Of a stretch of DNA of 64,000 bases, positions 1-13,384 are shown in pieces. How positions within the stretch are numbered: position 1 is the stretch's first letter; each line of letters begins with the position of its first letter. Position numbers and translations under genes: made by a program. The notes below the pieces were generated by a model. It made no database searches and was not told the origin of the DNA. It saw only the letters and a program-made list of their open reading frames with translations. This stretch comes from Macrostomum lignano (Eukaryota): contig NIVC01000208.1 in assembly GCA_002269645.1 (NCBI GenBank), forward strand, positions 1 to 64,000. Reading direction: 5' to 3'.

Positions 1-233
1 TTGAATGATATTTTATTGTTAGTATTAAGAAATAGTTTATATTTTTATCTTATACTTTGATAGACTGAGATAGACTATAATAGGCTAAAGTTAAATAGTT
101 TAATTTCAATGAACTATGTTAAAAAGCCTATTTGAATTAATTCCTATTCTTATATTTGAATTGTTGGCTAATATAGCTAATATTAGATTGTTGCATAGGA
201 TCAATAACATTAAATTAGTTTATCTTTATTTGA

Positions 234-1498
234 TATTGGGTTGTAAAAAAGTTCAAGTGTTTTCTTTAAACTTCTAGAACTTTCTCTAAAGAAATTTCTA
301 GAATGTTCTATGGGGCTATATAAGAGTAACCAGTGTGCACTACCATATTGACTTGGTTATGATCAACCTTCACCTACAATGGCTATGCAATAACATGATC
401 AACATTACTTCATTTAAGCATATTTACTTTTCTACTTCAAGCTAGGCAACTCAGTAGCTAAGGCATATTGCAAGTTATCTTAGGCATATGGCGAGGACTA
501 TCTGAGTGAGCAATATTGCTATGCCTGGTTTGCGGAGTTCAAGAAGGGTGAGGAATAACTTGAAGACAAGGAACACTCTAGTCACCCACCTAAGCTTGAT
601 ATATAGCAGCTTGCCTTACTTGTTAAAGCTAAGCCAAATCTTACAATACATGAAATGGCAGAGTACTTCAAGGTCTCTACCATGACCATTGACTGCTACT
701 TTCATCAACTCAGCAAAGTGCACAAGCTTGGTCAATGGGTTCCTCATAAACTTTCACATGAGAATAAGGATCAACATATTATCATATACATGCACCAACT
801 CTTATCCTATTGCCACAACCCAGGATGGCTTGATAGCCTAGTGATTGGTAATGAGAAGTGGATGGCCAATTTCAACTATACACACAAGCGCCAATGGCTT
901 GGCATGGGAGATTAGCCACAACCAATACCCAAACCTGATCCAAACCAAAAGAAAGTCATGTACTCATGTTGTGTATCTGGTAGAATTCCAGTCAAATTGT
1001 CCATTGGGAGCTCTTGCCTATAATACCAGCATCACTGCCAAAGTCTATTATAAACAGCTAGATAGACTATACTAGGCCTAGGCTATTGTCAAAGCAGCAG
1101 GGTGCTGGTGCAAAAATTTGATTTTTTCACGACAATTCCCAACCTTATGTGGTGAAGAAGACACTGTAGAAGCTGCTTGAGCTGAGCTGGGAAGTCATGC
1201 CTCACTCTCCATACTTGCTTGATAGCCTCTAGATAGGCTAAGGAGATGACAGCTTTGCTTGAGCAATACTTTAAGTCACTATTGCCTTAGTTCTTTAAGA
1301 AAGGCATCTAGAATCTTATTGCCAGATTGGGAATGCTATTTTGGGTAATATAATAGTTTTTGATCCTATGATGGCAAAAGATCATTTATTAGGATAGTGA
1401 TTATATCCTAGACTAAAAACTATTAGTATTATGGGACTAGAAAACTGAATTTAAAGTTTGACTACATAAATGCTCAAACCTTTTATTACAACCCAATA
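234..1498 (+). mobile_element. Decayed Tc1/mariner (mariner-type) DNA transposon, about 1.26 kb
   Basis: Imperfect TIRs TA-TTGGGTTGTAAAAAAG (234-) and ...TTATTACAACCCAA-TA (-1498) with TA target dinucleotides; transposase remnants inside. Confidence 0.9.
379..1390 (+). pseudogene. Mariner transposase pseudogene (stops, frameshifts, YSPDL/third-Asp region degraded or deleted)
   Basis: WVPHKL (=WVPHEL), VIGNEKW (=TGDEKW), FHDNSQPY (=HDNARPH), WEVMPHSPYLLD (=WEVLPHPPYSPD). End coordinate approximate. Confidence 0.85.
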
Positions 1499-2862
1499 GA
1501 AGCATACAAGGTCAAATATTAAATAAAAATCTGCTTTAGGTTTAAAAAACTAATAGTCAAAAGATTTTGCCTTACAAGTTACTGCTAAGATATTAAACTT
1601 TGTAAGGAATTGCCAAGGTGCCAAAGCTTGAATTAATGAGAAAATATAAGTAACTATTAAAAAGAAAAAAAAGTAAATAGATTAAAAAGTTAAATAAAAT
1701 TTAATCTATTAATTATCATTATAGATATATCACAATGTTAAACCAGTGTGTTAAGGTATATTCAAATGACTAGGGCCTACATTTCCTAATACAAATTATA
1801 ATAAGCTCTTAGTCTTAGACAATTATTAATTAAGCTACATATTATACTAAATCAAATCTACTAGAATCCAGTAGGCCTATTTTAAATATCAAAGCTAACT
1901 AAAGCTAGGCTAGCTAAAAGGCCTAGCCTAGTCCAGGCAATAATTTGATCATTTATTATTGACACTTTCTTTCTATTGATACCATTAACACTATTGCTTA
2001 CTAAACTTGTTATACAATTTTTTATTTCCGAAAATTCTTATAGGCCTAGGCCTTTTAGCTAAAATAAAACAAATAGACCTATAGGCTATAGCAATCTTAT
2101 GATGCATATTATATGATAATTAGGCCATTGGGGTTGCATTGCATACTAATGTCGATGCTATTATCCCTGCTTACTAGTTACTACTCTAATAACCAAAACA
2201 AATATTTTATTGCTTTTTGTATTGATTAAATGCTAAGATTCATTCATTTATGACTTATGATTGAAGTAAATTGTTTTACTGACATCACTTTATAGCTTGC
2301 ACATTATAGTAGTATCACTATCATTACTGGGCCTTTTATTTTAATTATTCTGGTTTTAGAACCAGATCCAATTTGTAAATTCAAATTATTGAATGGCAAT
2401 AGCCAAGGAGTGAAAAATTGTGCAAAGTGAGGCTGTTCGGGCATGCAAACATTCAATAAAGTTAAAAAACAATCCTACAATGCTTTTTTCTTGGAAGATC
2501 CAAAGCCAGTCTGTTTTTGAAATTGGGTAGGCAGTAATGTGAAAAGCCTCAGGATCAATTTTGTCCTAATTACGTATGGTCGTATACGTCAGAGTTTATA
2601 AAACAAACAAGCAGAAAGCTTTTTTTCTAGAACATTCGTGAGATACAAAAATCATGCCTTATAGAAGAAAAATATGTCTTGTTTTGTTTTTACTAATTAA
2701 CAGTAATATATTTCACTAATTATTTATAAGTGTACAAGCGTTTTATGTACTTTGTTTTACTTTCACCATTTCTTATAAGTACGTTTTACAAGAAACCAGA
2801 AATTAAAAAAGTTCCTAACATGCAGTGCCTAAATTGCCGAAGTAATTGAACGAGGGCCTAGG

Positions 2863-5800
2863 CAGGGGCGTAGCCAGGAATTTTTTGGGGGTGATGATTA
2901 ATGAATTAATGATTAATGAATCTACTCTACTAGGCTAATTTGATTAGTTAGGCCTATATAGTACTCAGTAATCAGTAATATTAAATGAATTTGCCATCCA
3001 GCCATCCTTTGCCCCAGTGAGCAGTGTCTTTCGACCAGCACCCATTACCTTGTGTCAACCATCTTGATATTAAAAATGCTTGAAAAAAAAACTATGAAAA
3101 CTGGGTTTTCAATGTATCTAATCTTTGCTTTTTGCTCTTCCCAATCTCTCCTCAGCTAGCCCAACTCTGCAACTCTCATATTGCAAGTTGCATCACTCAA
3201 AAGGCAATACTGAGCTAGAATTTACTCCTCACTCTCAAAGGTGGTGACTTTAATGTTGCTAAATATATATTACTCATACTAATTCTAGGCTTATTATATT
3301 AAGACTTGACAACTAAAAGTTTAAATTAGTTACTTACAGATAATCATGTCCCATGGAGACACCAGGGTTAGTACAATGCTTCCATTGACACCTGACCTGG
3401 CATTGGTTTGAGGCTTTTATAGTGGCTCACCGAATGCTTTCTTAGCAGAATTGAATATCTTATTGAAATAGACTTGGCTATTATCAGAGAAGAGATCTTG
3501 AAGAACATCAATGATAGCAATGACAGCCTTAATTTTATTGACACAATCAACAAGATTGAGATCTACATATTAAAATTTTTTTTTGATAATGGCTTTGTGA
3601 TATTAAGAATAGCATTGATAATGTGGCCTGAAATAATTAAAATATTTGTTGTCTAGTTGGGCCTAGTAAAAGTTTAAGGTTGTTTTGAGCATTGTTGCCT
3701 GCCTTTCCTACCCATGTGCTGATCTCCTATAGAGCTTCAATGTTTGGTGGTAAGAGCAGGTTGAATTGGATGAAAGCCTCCTACTTTTCAACCCATCTGG
3801 TCTTGCAGTTCTATAAAAGTTGATGCATAGATAACTTTGGAACCAACTCTTAGATTTTTTCAAGCAGAGCTATTTTTGTGGCAATCAGCAAATAAAACTG
3901 TGACTATAATAATGGCAGTAATAGTAGCTTAAAACTAAATCTAGCTTATAAGCATCCTGGAAAGATATGTTTAGATCATGTGCAGCACAGTGCATATAGA
4001 TTGCTAGTTTTTTTTTCCCAGTACTTGCAAATCACTGCCTGAATGTCATTGAACTTGCCAGGCATGGTTGAAGGTCTATCATAGCCTTGAGTAACAAGTT
4101 ATGCTATAATATGGAGAGAATCAAGTGTCTCAAGAAGCTTTGCAAGCCCAATACCAGTCAGTCAGATCTTCAATATGAACAAAGCATATGGACTGTTTGT
4201 TAATAACTACACTTCCACCATTGATGTTGAAGTACCTAACATAGATGGATATTTGTTCTTTGTATAAAGAATCTATAGTCTCATCTGCAAGCAGCACAAA
4301 GTAGCCTGCTTTGTTGATTTTTTAACTAAATTTTGGGTGATAACATTAGACAGAGCCTGAATTATTTCATTCTGTGATTCACTGGAAGTGTATTTGGCAT
4401 TTGATGGTCCAGTACAAAGGTGATTACATAGAACAGGATCATGTTTTGCAAGAAGCTTTAGAAGTACAACCAAGTTCCCTTTGTCATAGTCAATAGTTCC
4501 ATCTAAATGAACTTTTATAAGTCCACAGTCACAATGTCCTTGAAAAACTAGACTACAATAAGCAAGAAATTCAATTGGTTCAATTACATGTTTTAGTCTT
4601 TCCCTATTTTCTTTCACTAGCTTTGTGCAACTGATATCCAGCATGTGGCCAACATTCATTCCAGATAACAGGGCATCAACTTTGATCACAGTCACTTCTG
4701 TGATAGTCACATTGCAAATGCTTCTTCAGCTTTGTTGTGATCACATTGAACTTAGTGCATGGAGTTCTCACAAATTCATCAACTTTTTGTCCATGGATGG
4801 CAAAGTTAATCAAAAGAAAAAGAACGCAATACCTAAAGGAGAAAGAAATGGTTGGAATGGAAAAAGTAAGTATCTCGTCAAGACTAGATCTAGATAGCAA
4901 GAGTAGGATTTAGCAATATATGTCAATAACCTCATTAACTTCAAAATCACTTGCAAAATGCACTGCTGAGCTTAGCAGAATACTCAAAGCATGTGTTACA
5001 ACCAGTTAGATATATTGGTGAGACAAGTAGTGCTTGTGGACATTGCCCTTATTAGATTTAAGCAAGAATGGGAATGAGTACCTTGGAGGGGGCACCCAAT
5101 AGTCCTTAAGCAATTGCAGTCAAATAGTTGTATCCAGCTTTCCATTGTGACAAAGTTCAACAACATAGCCAATGTCATTGACATTGATCTCAGCAGCTGT
5201 TTCATCTGCTTGATGTTAGAGTTCAGACTTGTCAAACTGACTTGAAGAAGTAATTGTAGGCAGTTGTTGCTCGAGAGCTGTTGGAACTGAATTTGGAGTA
5301 GCCAAGTCTGGCTAACTGTCAGTAGCAATGTCACAAGACACAATAGATGACTGGCTATGTAGTGCTGGAACTAGGTTTAGACAGTTGCGCAAGATCAGGG
5401 TTTGGGCAAGACTGCTTTAAGTTCTCAAATAATGAGCAGATATCATGACCATGAGATTTTTGTTTGCTCATTTTGAATTTCACATGAACTCTTTGCAGAT
5501 TTTAGTAGCAATCTAGAAATAAAAAATCTGCCTTAGAATTAATTATAAATGACTTGGAAGAGGTTATAGTTAATTATTTCCTTATTCATTTCCCTTCCTT
5601 GGGTGGTGAGGACAGCAGACAGATACTCTTAGTCTTCCTTAATGTATAACTTGTAGATTGCTCATTTAGCTCCTTTCTTCCTACTAGTTCTCTGTATGTA
5701 ATGTACTAACCCCCTGAATTTTATTTTATAGTTAATTCTAGACAGACTTCTTTCAAACAAATCAGAAGCTAATGAATTTTGCAGCGAAAACTGGCTAGGC

Positions 5801-6167
5801 ACCCACCTCCATTGTCTATCACTAATTCCACTAGCTGACTACCCATGCCCTAGTACCACATTTCAGTTATCCACTTACCCCCTTCACCCCTAAATAGTTG
5901 GTCAGTTGGGTGAGTGAGTTGATAGTTATCCAAAGACCAAGTTATATGAATACAAAAAAATCAAAGACTTGAGATCCACTTTATATATTTCTAGTGCATA
6001 TTAGTGATATTATTACATATTATCACTATATTTGTTTGTTAATTGTTATTCTATCAATTCAGATAGCTTTCACTTTTTAAATGATAACTTGCAACTGAAA
6101 AAACTTTTTGCTTTGGAAATTTGGGGGTATTGGCCAATACACTGATACCCTCCTCATTATGCTTCTA
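2863..6167 (-). mobile_element. Decayed hAT DNA transposon (ZMYM1/THAP12-like transposase), 3.3 kb
   Basis: Left end CAGGGGCGTAGC. Right end ATTATGCTTCTA differs from the expected GCTACGCCCCTG only by C>T/G>A changes. Identical 8-bp flanks GGCCTAGG at 2855-2862 and 6168-6175. Confidence 0.8.
3100..5200 (-). pseudogene. hAT transposase pseudogene with TTF-like N-terminus, DUF4371-like region and catalytic core
   Basis: ORF 4273-4710 contains FQGH...GNLVVLLKLLAKHDPVL...NAKYTSSESQNEII. Broken downstream frames give EQISIYVRY, QGYD and HCAAHDLN motifs; upstream YWVPPPRYSFPF. Boundaries approximate. Confidence 0.8.
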
Positions 6168-6984
6168 GGCCTAGGCCCTATAATAACTACAAATGTACAT
6201 CTCCTTGGGTCACTCTCTGAGGTAAATAGGTTGTATCAAGGGGTCACTGTCTAAAGTACATGGGCTGCATCAAGGGCATACATGCGCAACAGTCGGCTGA
6301 GTTGGCCGATCTGGCCGACTGATTTGGCGACCAACTAAGAAAGTCACAAAAATGCCCACCCAAAAAACACCCAAGTGGTAGTACTAAGTAGCTGACGAGG
6401 CATTTTGGCTTAATAAGAGAGTCATAGTTACTTCTGCCATTTACCCAAAGTTTCATTAATTTTGCTTTACAGTTTTTTTACATGCAAGTCACATTTTTGT
6501 TAAAACTAAGTCACACAGCCAACCAAATTTTGGAGGTAGCGCATGTATGATCAAGGGGTCACTTTAAAAGTTGCAACACAAGTGGTCATTGTTTACTGTT
6601 TACCATTTTTTTTCAAAAAAACACAAGTCACAACTTTGTTTCTATGTCATGCTGTACCATGCTGCGCTGCACCATGCCAAGCCACATTGCACCATACTGA
6701 GCTGCGCTGCACTGTGCCAAGCCGTGTTGCACCGAATTGCATTAAGTATTGCCTTACTGAAAATGCGCCGTGCCGCAGGGTCATTTTGTAAAAATGTGCC
6801 AGAGGGCCATCCACCATTTTGCAACTTATTCCAATAGGGTTCATTAATTTACTAATTCTTTGCACTAGTTTATGCCATTTTGACAAATTTTATTAATCTT
6901 ATGCCTAATTATACCAATTTAATTCCAGGAAACAAGCTATTGAAACCCATAGATTTTGGGCATTTTTTTATCTTACAACCTACA

Positions 6985-8456
6985 TTTTGCATCAAATTTG
7001 TTATATGACACCCAATGGAAAATAGTAAGGAATGTAAAGAAACAGAAGTCTTAAAATTAAAAAAACCAGAGGTTATATCATGGTAGTAAAGACTAAGGTT
7101 TATAGAATTTACTTTTGTTTAACAATGCCTATAATTAGAGATAGACATTGAGGGTATTGTATTACAAAAGTGAGGACAGAAATGTTAAGTCCAAAAAGTT
7201 GAGCCAAACTTTCAGTTTCCTATCTAGGCATAATCCTAATTAGGGGTCCCAAATCCCCTTGGATCCTGGGATTGTTTTTGCTACAATCCTAGGATTAAAC
7301 AAAAAATTTATGGGAAGTTTTCTATTGTCCATAGAACAAATTTCTCAACTTATTTGAGCATCATTTGGGTTTCTACTTTCTATATTTACTGCATTGATAA
7401 AATAAATAAATTTATTCATTTCATTTCACTTATCCTCAGTCACTTATTCCTTGTAAAATTCTCATATCCCTTCCACCAATGCAATATACGAGTATTTCCA
7501 TCGCAAATCATGCAATGCAACACAAGTACCAGCAGCAGTAATAGAAATTTGCAACTGCACTGTTTCTGTGATATAAAAAACTAGCAACTATGGCAAGTGA
7601 CAGTGAGAGGTGACAGCTCAATTGTAAAAATTGTGAGCATACACAAATTGGGGTTGTTGCAACAGCACAAATAGCCATGAATGAATTGCAAATTGTCAGT
7701 ATTGTTGCTTATATTACATGGCATTGGCACTATGGCAGTCAGCACCTGCATCCTGCGGTGGGGCCTGGGCCAGTAGGCCCAGTGTCTAGGCCATTGCCAC
7801 TTAGACAGTTAGGCTAGTCTAGACTAGACCCTTAGTCTAGTAACTAGCTAGTACATAGTGCTTGATACAGTTAATTGATACTCTTACTGTCATTCATTCT
7901 ATAACCTCAATAACTTCATTCTTAGGATGCAATAATTCTCTCAAAACTGTTAATTGCTAACTCCAAAACAAAAAAAAATATTTACTTCTGTAGTGTGAAT
8001 TCCAATCCCATGTTTACTGGGATCCTGGACCCCTAATCCTGGGATCCTGAACACTAACAAAGCGCCAGGATCCTGGGATCTTGGGATCCCAGGGACCCCT
8101 AGTCCCAATCAATATTAAAGAAATGGTTGTTAGAATGAATAGTTACAGGTCCTAAAAGAAAGCAGCAAAGATCTTAGCCTCAGACTAGATCTAATACATT
8201 GTCATAAGAGACCTGCAAAAATAAATAGTAAATGAACTAGGACCTATTCATTAGCATATGAAATCCTAAGTTGATACCCCTTCACTTTCATTTTAAAATA
8301 CATTATTAACAAATTGTCTATTTAGGGTATTGTAAATATAAAGTGAATATAAGGATTGTGCTCTAGTAAGCTACAAGTAGGCTTTTGCAATTGGCTACAT
8401 CTGTTTCAATTCTTACTATTCTCCATTGGGTATTGTGTAACAAAATTGACACAAAT
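6985..8456. mobile_element. Foldback/non-autonomous element remnant: diverged inverted repeat hosting the MITE below
   Basis: About 6985-7046 (..GACACCCAATGGAAAATAGTAAGG..) is the reverse complement, with transitions, of about 8400-8456 (..CTTACTATTCTCCATTGGGTATTG..). True ends not found. Confidence 0.5.
7241..8101. mobile_element. hAT-type MITE, 861 bp
   Basis: TIR TAGGGGTCCC / GGGACCCCTA; reiterated subterminal GGATCC(T)GGG motifs at both ends; 8-bp flanks ATCCTAAT vs GTCCCAAT (two transitions apart). Confidence 0.75.
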
Positions 8457-8794
8457 AATCAATTGGGCTAAGGGTATTATAAGACAAAAGAATGCTAGAT
8501 TTTAAACCTGCTGTATTTTAATCCCTTGAACTATTTTTTGCATACATTTTTAAATCTGAAGTCATACTCAAAGAAAAACTTGTTAATAGTTATAATGAAA
8601 TCAAATTAAAATTCAAGGCAAGCTAAGGGTCAGACAAGATCTCAATCATAATCATCAAGATCTTGCCACTTTTTTCAATCTCAAACTTAGTTTCAAAATC
8701 TCAAAAAGTTAAGATTTGTAAAGGCCTACATAAATATTTGTGACTATAATAATACAAGCATATCTAGTTATGGTGATCTTCCAGTTTGTTTCCT

Positions 8795-9032
8795 AATATT
8801 ATTTTCAAGTTTGAATTGGTGCTGCAATATAGTGCCATGGTAGAAAATGATGTCTATAACCAAAAGGCATAGAAAATAGTATCAGAAAATGCTCCAGTCT
8901 CTAGCTCTCTAGCCCTATCTATTGCTCTATCTACCACTTTAGCTATTGCTCCATTTACTTATCTATAAACTGCTGTATCTAGTGTTCAGAGGCAATATGT
9001 TGTTGCACCAATTCAAACTTGAAAATAATATT
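8795..9032. mobile_element. Small foldback/MITE, 238 bp
   Basis: Perfect 28-bp inverted repeat AATATTATTTTCAAGTTTGAATTGGTGC (8795-8822 / 9005-9032), extending imperfectly inward. Confidence 0.7.
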
Positions 9033-9344
9033 GCAAAAAAATAAAAGCTTGTTTATGTTATTCAATATCATACTTATATTTGATATATATCAAGTTATTA
9101 ACAGGTTCAATATTAAATAATCATTGCTTTTCTTTCTATTATCATGATTGTGTATATTTTTAACAAGTAACAATATCAACATGGATGGATAGAATAGTGT
9201 AAATAGGCCTACTAGATGCAAATTAGGCTTAATCTCGAAAATGTGATATCATCCAACCTCTAAGGCAAGCATTGATCTTGTTCGTTAGGGTCGCATAGAA
9301 TCACAGGCAACATCTCTAAAGCATGCATTGGCAAAATCTGGCCT

Positions 9345-10030
9345 CTTCTCTCCTCCCTTATCTCTCATCTATCATCTCTTTCCTTCTTCTTCTCTCTTCC
9401 TCTTCTCTCCTCTCTTCTGTCTACTCTCTTCTCTCTCGTCTGCTCTCTCATCCTTCCTCTCTTCTCTCTACTCTCATCTCTGCTCTGTCATCTCTCATTT
9501 CTCATACATCGCAAAAATGCCCATCTGAAAAATACAAACGTACACTAATTAGATGATGGGGCATTTAGCTCTAATAATAGTCATAGTTACTCCTGCCGTT
9601 TACCTAAAAATTACGTTAATTTTTGCTTAGGTTTTTTTCCACAGGTAAGTCGCATTTTTATCAAAAAAGTCGCACGGCATTTGTAAACTAGGGGGTTTGC
9701 GCATGTATGTTCCCTCTCGCCTCTTATCTCTCTCCCTCCCCTCTTCTTTCCTCTTTCCCTCTCCTGTCTCCCCTCCTCTCTCCTCTCCTCTCGCTTCTTT
9801 CTCCCCTCTTATCTTTCTCCCCGCTCCACTCGCTTTTCTCTCCCCTCTTCTGCTCTCTCCTCTCGCTTCGCTCTTCCCTCTTCTCCCTCTCTCCTCTCCT
9901 CTCTTTCCTTCTTTCTCCTCTCTCTCCTTACGCCCCCTCTTCTCTCTTCTCTTCTCTCCCCCTTCCCTCTTCTCTCTCCTCTCCTCGCACCTCGCTACCC
10001 TCTTCTCTCTATCTTCTCTCTCCTCACTTC
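9345..10030. repeat. CT-rich low-complexity tracts (9345-9500 and 9720-10030)
   Basis: Near-pure C/T; the overlapping Ser/Leu/Pro ORFs are artefacts. Confidence 0.9.
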
Positions 10031-11109
10031 CCTGTGAATCTGAGAGTAAGATAAGGACCTAAGAGTGCAATTATTGATCTAAAAGTGGGAACAGCAAACT
10101 AAGAATGCAATTAGGGATCCAAGAGTGAGGTTAGTAACTGTAATGAAGATTCAAGATCTTCAAGGATATTTGGATAAGGGATCTGGGAGTTTTGGGAGCT
10201 TAAAATATGCGATTAAGGATCTAAAAGAATATTGAGGATCTGGTAAGAGAGAGATCCCTATTAGTAGTAGAGAAAAGCTGATTGAGGTATTGAGTGAGAT
10301 TTAGAGTCATTGAGATGCGTATTATCTTACTTGTCTAGCCAATAAGAATGAATGGTTGCTACTTGCTGCAATACTAATTGACTGCTGCGTGAGTGAGCGA
10401 CATTTGAGGTCGTCTGCTGCTGTGGCCAAAGCTTAGAAGCTCGGGCGCCATTGCTTCAACTATGTGGGAACCACAAGAGGGGGTGGGTGGGTTGGTAGGA
10501 GTGGCAGTTGAGGGCTGTGTATTTATCTGCATGTGTCTAGACTAGTCCTGTATATTCATACTAAAGTATATACTTAGTGTCTAGTTCTCTTTTATCTTCT
10601 GTTCCCGCAGCCATTAGAGTCTAGTCGAGTCTAGTCTAATAACAACAAACCAGATGTAGTAGTAAAGTGAAATTTAGTCTTTTTTACTTCTTTCAGTTTC
10701 TTTTAGTATAAAGAGCAATTTGTTGTTTTCTTACCCATACGCGAATTCTAAAACTCTGGCCGGGCTTGAAGAGTTTCAAGCGTCCTTTTTTTCTATTTTT
10801 ATCAGCGCATCTAAACCTTGGTCCTCTTCCCCTCGGATCCCTAGATAATATATAGAACTTGCATGACGTAGAAATAGGGAGTTTAAGTACGCTGGCACTC
10901 TAAAGAGGGTACAATAAATTTTGTGTCGTATGCTGTTATTATACTAGTCTTAGTCTATATATTCATAGAGTCCTATCTATATGAAGAGATAAGAGTGGAA
11001 ACGGAAGGAGAATTCCCACAAATTTTGATGCGAAATGGGCCATTTTACTTATATTCCATCCCAGTGTAAACTGATCTATCCTATGTCCACTTAATTGTAT
11101 AGGGGTTCA

Positions 11110-11575
11110 CAGATGGGGAATGAGATTGATTAATATGGGGAATAAGATTGATTGCAGTGGGGAATGAAACTGATTGAGATGGAAAATTAAATTGATTGAG
11201 ATCGGGGATGACATTGATTGAGATGGGGAATGAGATTGACTGAGATGGGGAATGAGATTGATTGAGATGGGGAATGAGATTGATTGAGATGGGGGATGAC
11301 ATTGATTGAGATAGGGAATGAGATTTATTGAGATGGGGAATGAGATTGATTGAGATGGGGAAATGAGATTGATTGGGATGGGGGATGAGATTTATTGGGA
11401 TGGGAAATGAGATGAGGAATGAAATTGATTGAGATTGTGAATGAGATTGATTGGGACGGGAAATAAGATTGATTGAGATGGGGAATGGGATTGATTGGGA
11501 TGGGAAATGAAATTGATTGGGATGGGGAATGAGATTAAGAATGAGCTTGATTGAGATAGGGAAGAATTAGGAAAT
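11110..11575. repeat. Degenerate 18-20 bp minisatellite (GATTGAGATGGGGAATGA)
   Basis: Visible tandem periodicity. Confidence 0.9.
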
Positions 11576-11789
11576 AAATTGATTTGGATAAATCTAAGGT
11601 TTTAAGCAGTAAAATTCGTTTTTTGAGAACAAATCGTCAGAGAGTACATTAAAATAGCCACGTTTCCCCTTATATTGAAACTGAACCCCCCCTAGTCATT
11701 TTATGCGTTTTACTGTCTCCGGCTAAACAACTAGTTAAGCCAGGGGTTAGGACAACGTAACCTAGCGCATGACTGCGGTCCAGAGCCGG

Positions 11790-11970
11790 GGATAGAGGCA
11801 AGGGAATAGAGAAGGGAGATGGGAGAAAAGAGAGGCGAGGGAATAGAGAGGAGAGTTGGGAGAAAGGAGAGGCGAGGGGATAGAGAGGAGAGTTGGGAGA
11901 AAGGAGAGGCGAGGGGATAGAGAGGAGACAAAACGAGAGGAGTTCAGAGAGAAGGGTGCTGAGAGGAGAC
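11790..11970. repeat. GA-rich tract followed by a dispersed repeat also found at about 62515-62600
   Basis: GGGCCGGATTGCTATTGTGAA(G/A)TTTCAAA follows a purine tract at both about 11980 and about 62520. Confidence 0.7.
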
Positions 11971-13384
11971 AAAAACCTTGAGCGGGCCGGATTGCTATTG
12001 TGAAGTTTCAAAAGACCCGATAGCCAAATAGAGAGGCTTTTCCAGCCGGAGTTTGCCTATCCCTGAGCTAAACCAACTTATACTGTTATAAAGTCATGCC
12101 ATTGCACCCAGCCCACCTGCCCAGCTACCTGTCTAGTGTAGCTCTCCCACCATTGTCATAGTCATCAACCCAGTCAGTCCGGTTTACTAACCCCCTATTG
12201 TTGGGGGCCCTGCATTTTGGGAGATAATCGATTGGGTACAAACAAGAAATTCATTTTTAGTATATGGATTAATAATTTATATTGTCAATGGCTTCACAAC
12301 CCTCATCCCAAACCTCTCCTACCATGAGGACTACTGTCTCACTGATGCATTTGGTAATGAGCTCAGTCATTTATTTCTGTTTGCAAAAACTGTCAATAAC
12401 TGACTGTGTCACAAACGTTATGTGTTGAAATAAAGCTTTAAAATAAATTCCATCCTGTCTAGATTCTATGTTTAAGAGGTCCATGAACTGACGAACATTT
12501 GCTACAGATGCCAGCCCTCCCATATTTGAACAGGGAATTCTATTGGTTGAGGCCAAGGGACAGGAATTTCCCGCTAGATAGATACTTAACGCGTAAGTTC
12601 TGGATCGTATGATTTTTTAATTTCAATTGCGCCGCTGACTAAACTCTTCTAGCTAACTGGTTTTACTGAGTTGCAAAAAAATTCGGAATTAATCGCACAG
12701 TGAGCATAGCATCGTCTGTGTTGTGTAAGTATTGATTATATTTCTGCTAGCTAGAACAGAAATATTCAATATTTTTAATCAAGAAAATGACTAGATAAGA
12801 GCTACAATAGCATTGCACCGACTAACCCCTCTCCCCACAATATTTTTCTGCAATCACAAGTATTCTCAAGAATACCAATTACATATTTTAAACAATGCCA
12901 ATGCAATGTAAAATGCCAATAATATATATTAATATTAGTGTATTAAGTCACACGCACAATGGACATCAATACTAATAGTGTCTCTAGTGTCAACAGACTG
13001 CTTCAAGAAATCGACTCAACTTATTGCCTTTTCTTATGTACGTATTGTGTGCTTCTGGCCTTAGCTTGTCGGACTAAGCTACTCAAAGTTGAGAATTTCA
13101 AATGAGTCACTGACAGGCTGTCATTGCAGTATTTTTACTTTGGCTTTCCTAGACTTTCCTGGGCGCAAAATGATTTCAGTTTATTTCTAGGAAAGTTTAA
13201 AGTTATGTCAATATCTCGAGATAGATTATTTTTTGCCTAATTTTTACGCGTTGTTATTGTGATAGTAATTGGATAAAAAGCGATATAGTTATGCACTTTA
13301 TTTTTAATAAGTTTCACGAATGTTGTGGGTAATCGTAAGTCGCGCATACTGGATCAGAGTAAGAGTTTAGTGTGTATTAGTGCA

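Noticed and set aside
6231-6850. Two diverged direct repeats starting TCAAGGGGTCACT
   Set aside because: Only the ends are similar; no TIR or TSD to classify them.
9688-11694. ACTAGGGGG inverted repeat as transposon ends
   Set aside because: Only about 11 bp match and there is no TSD.
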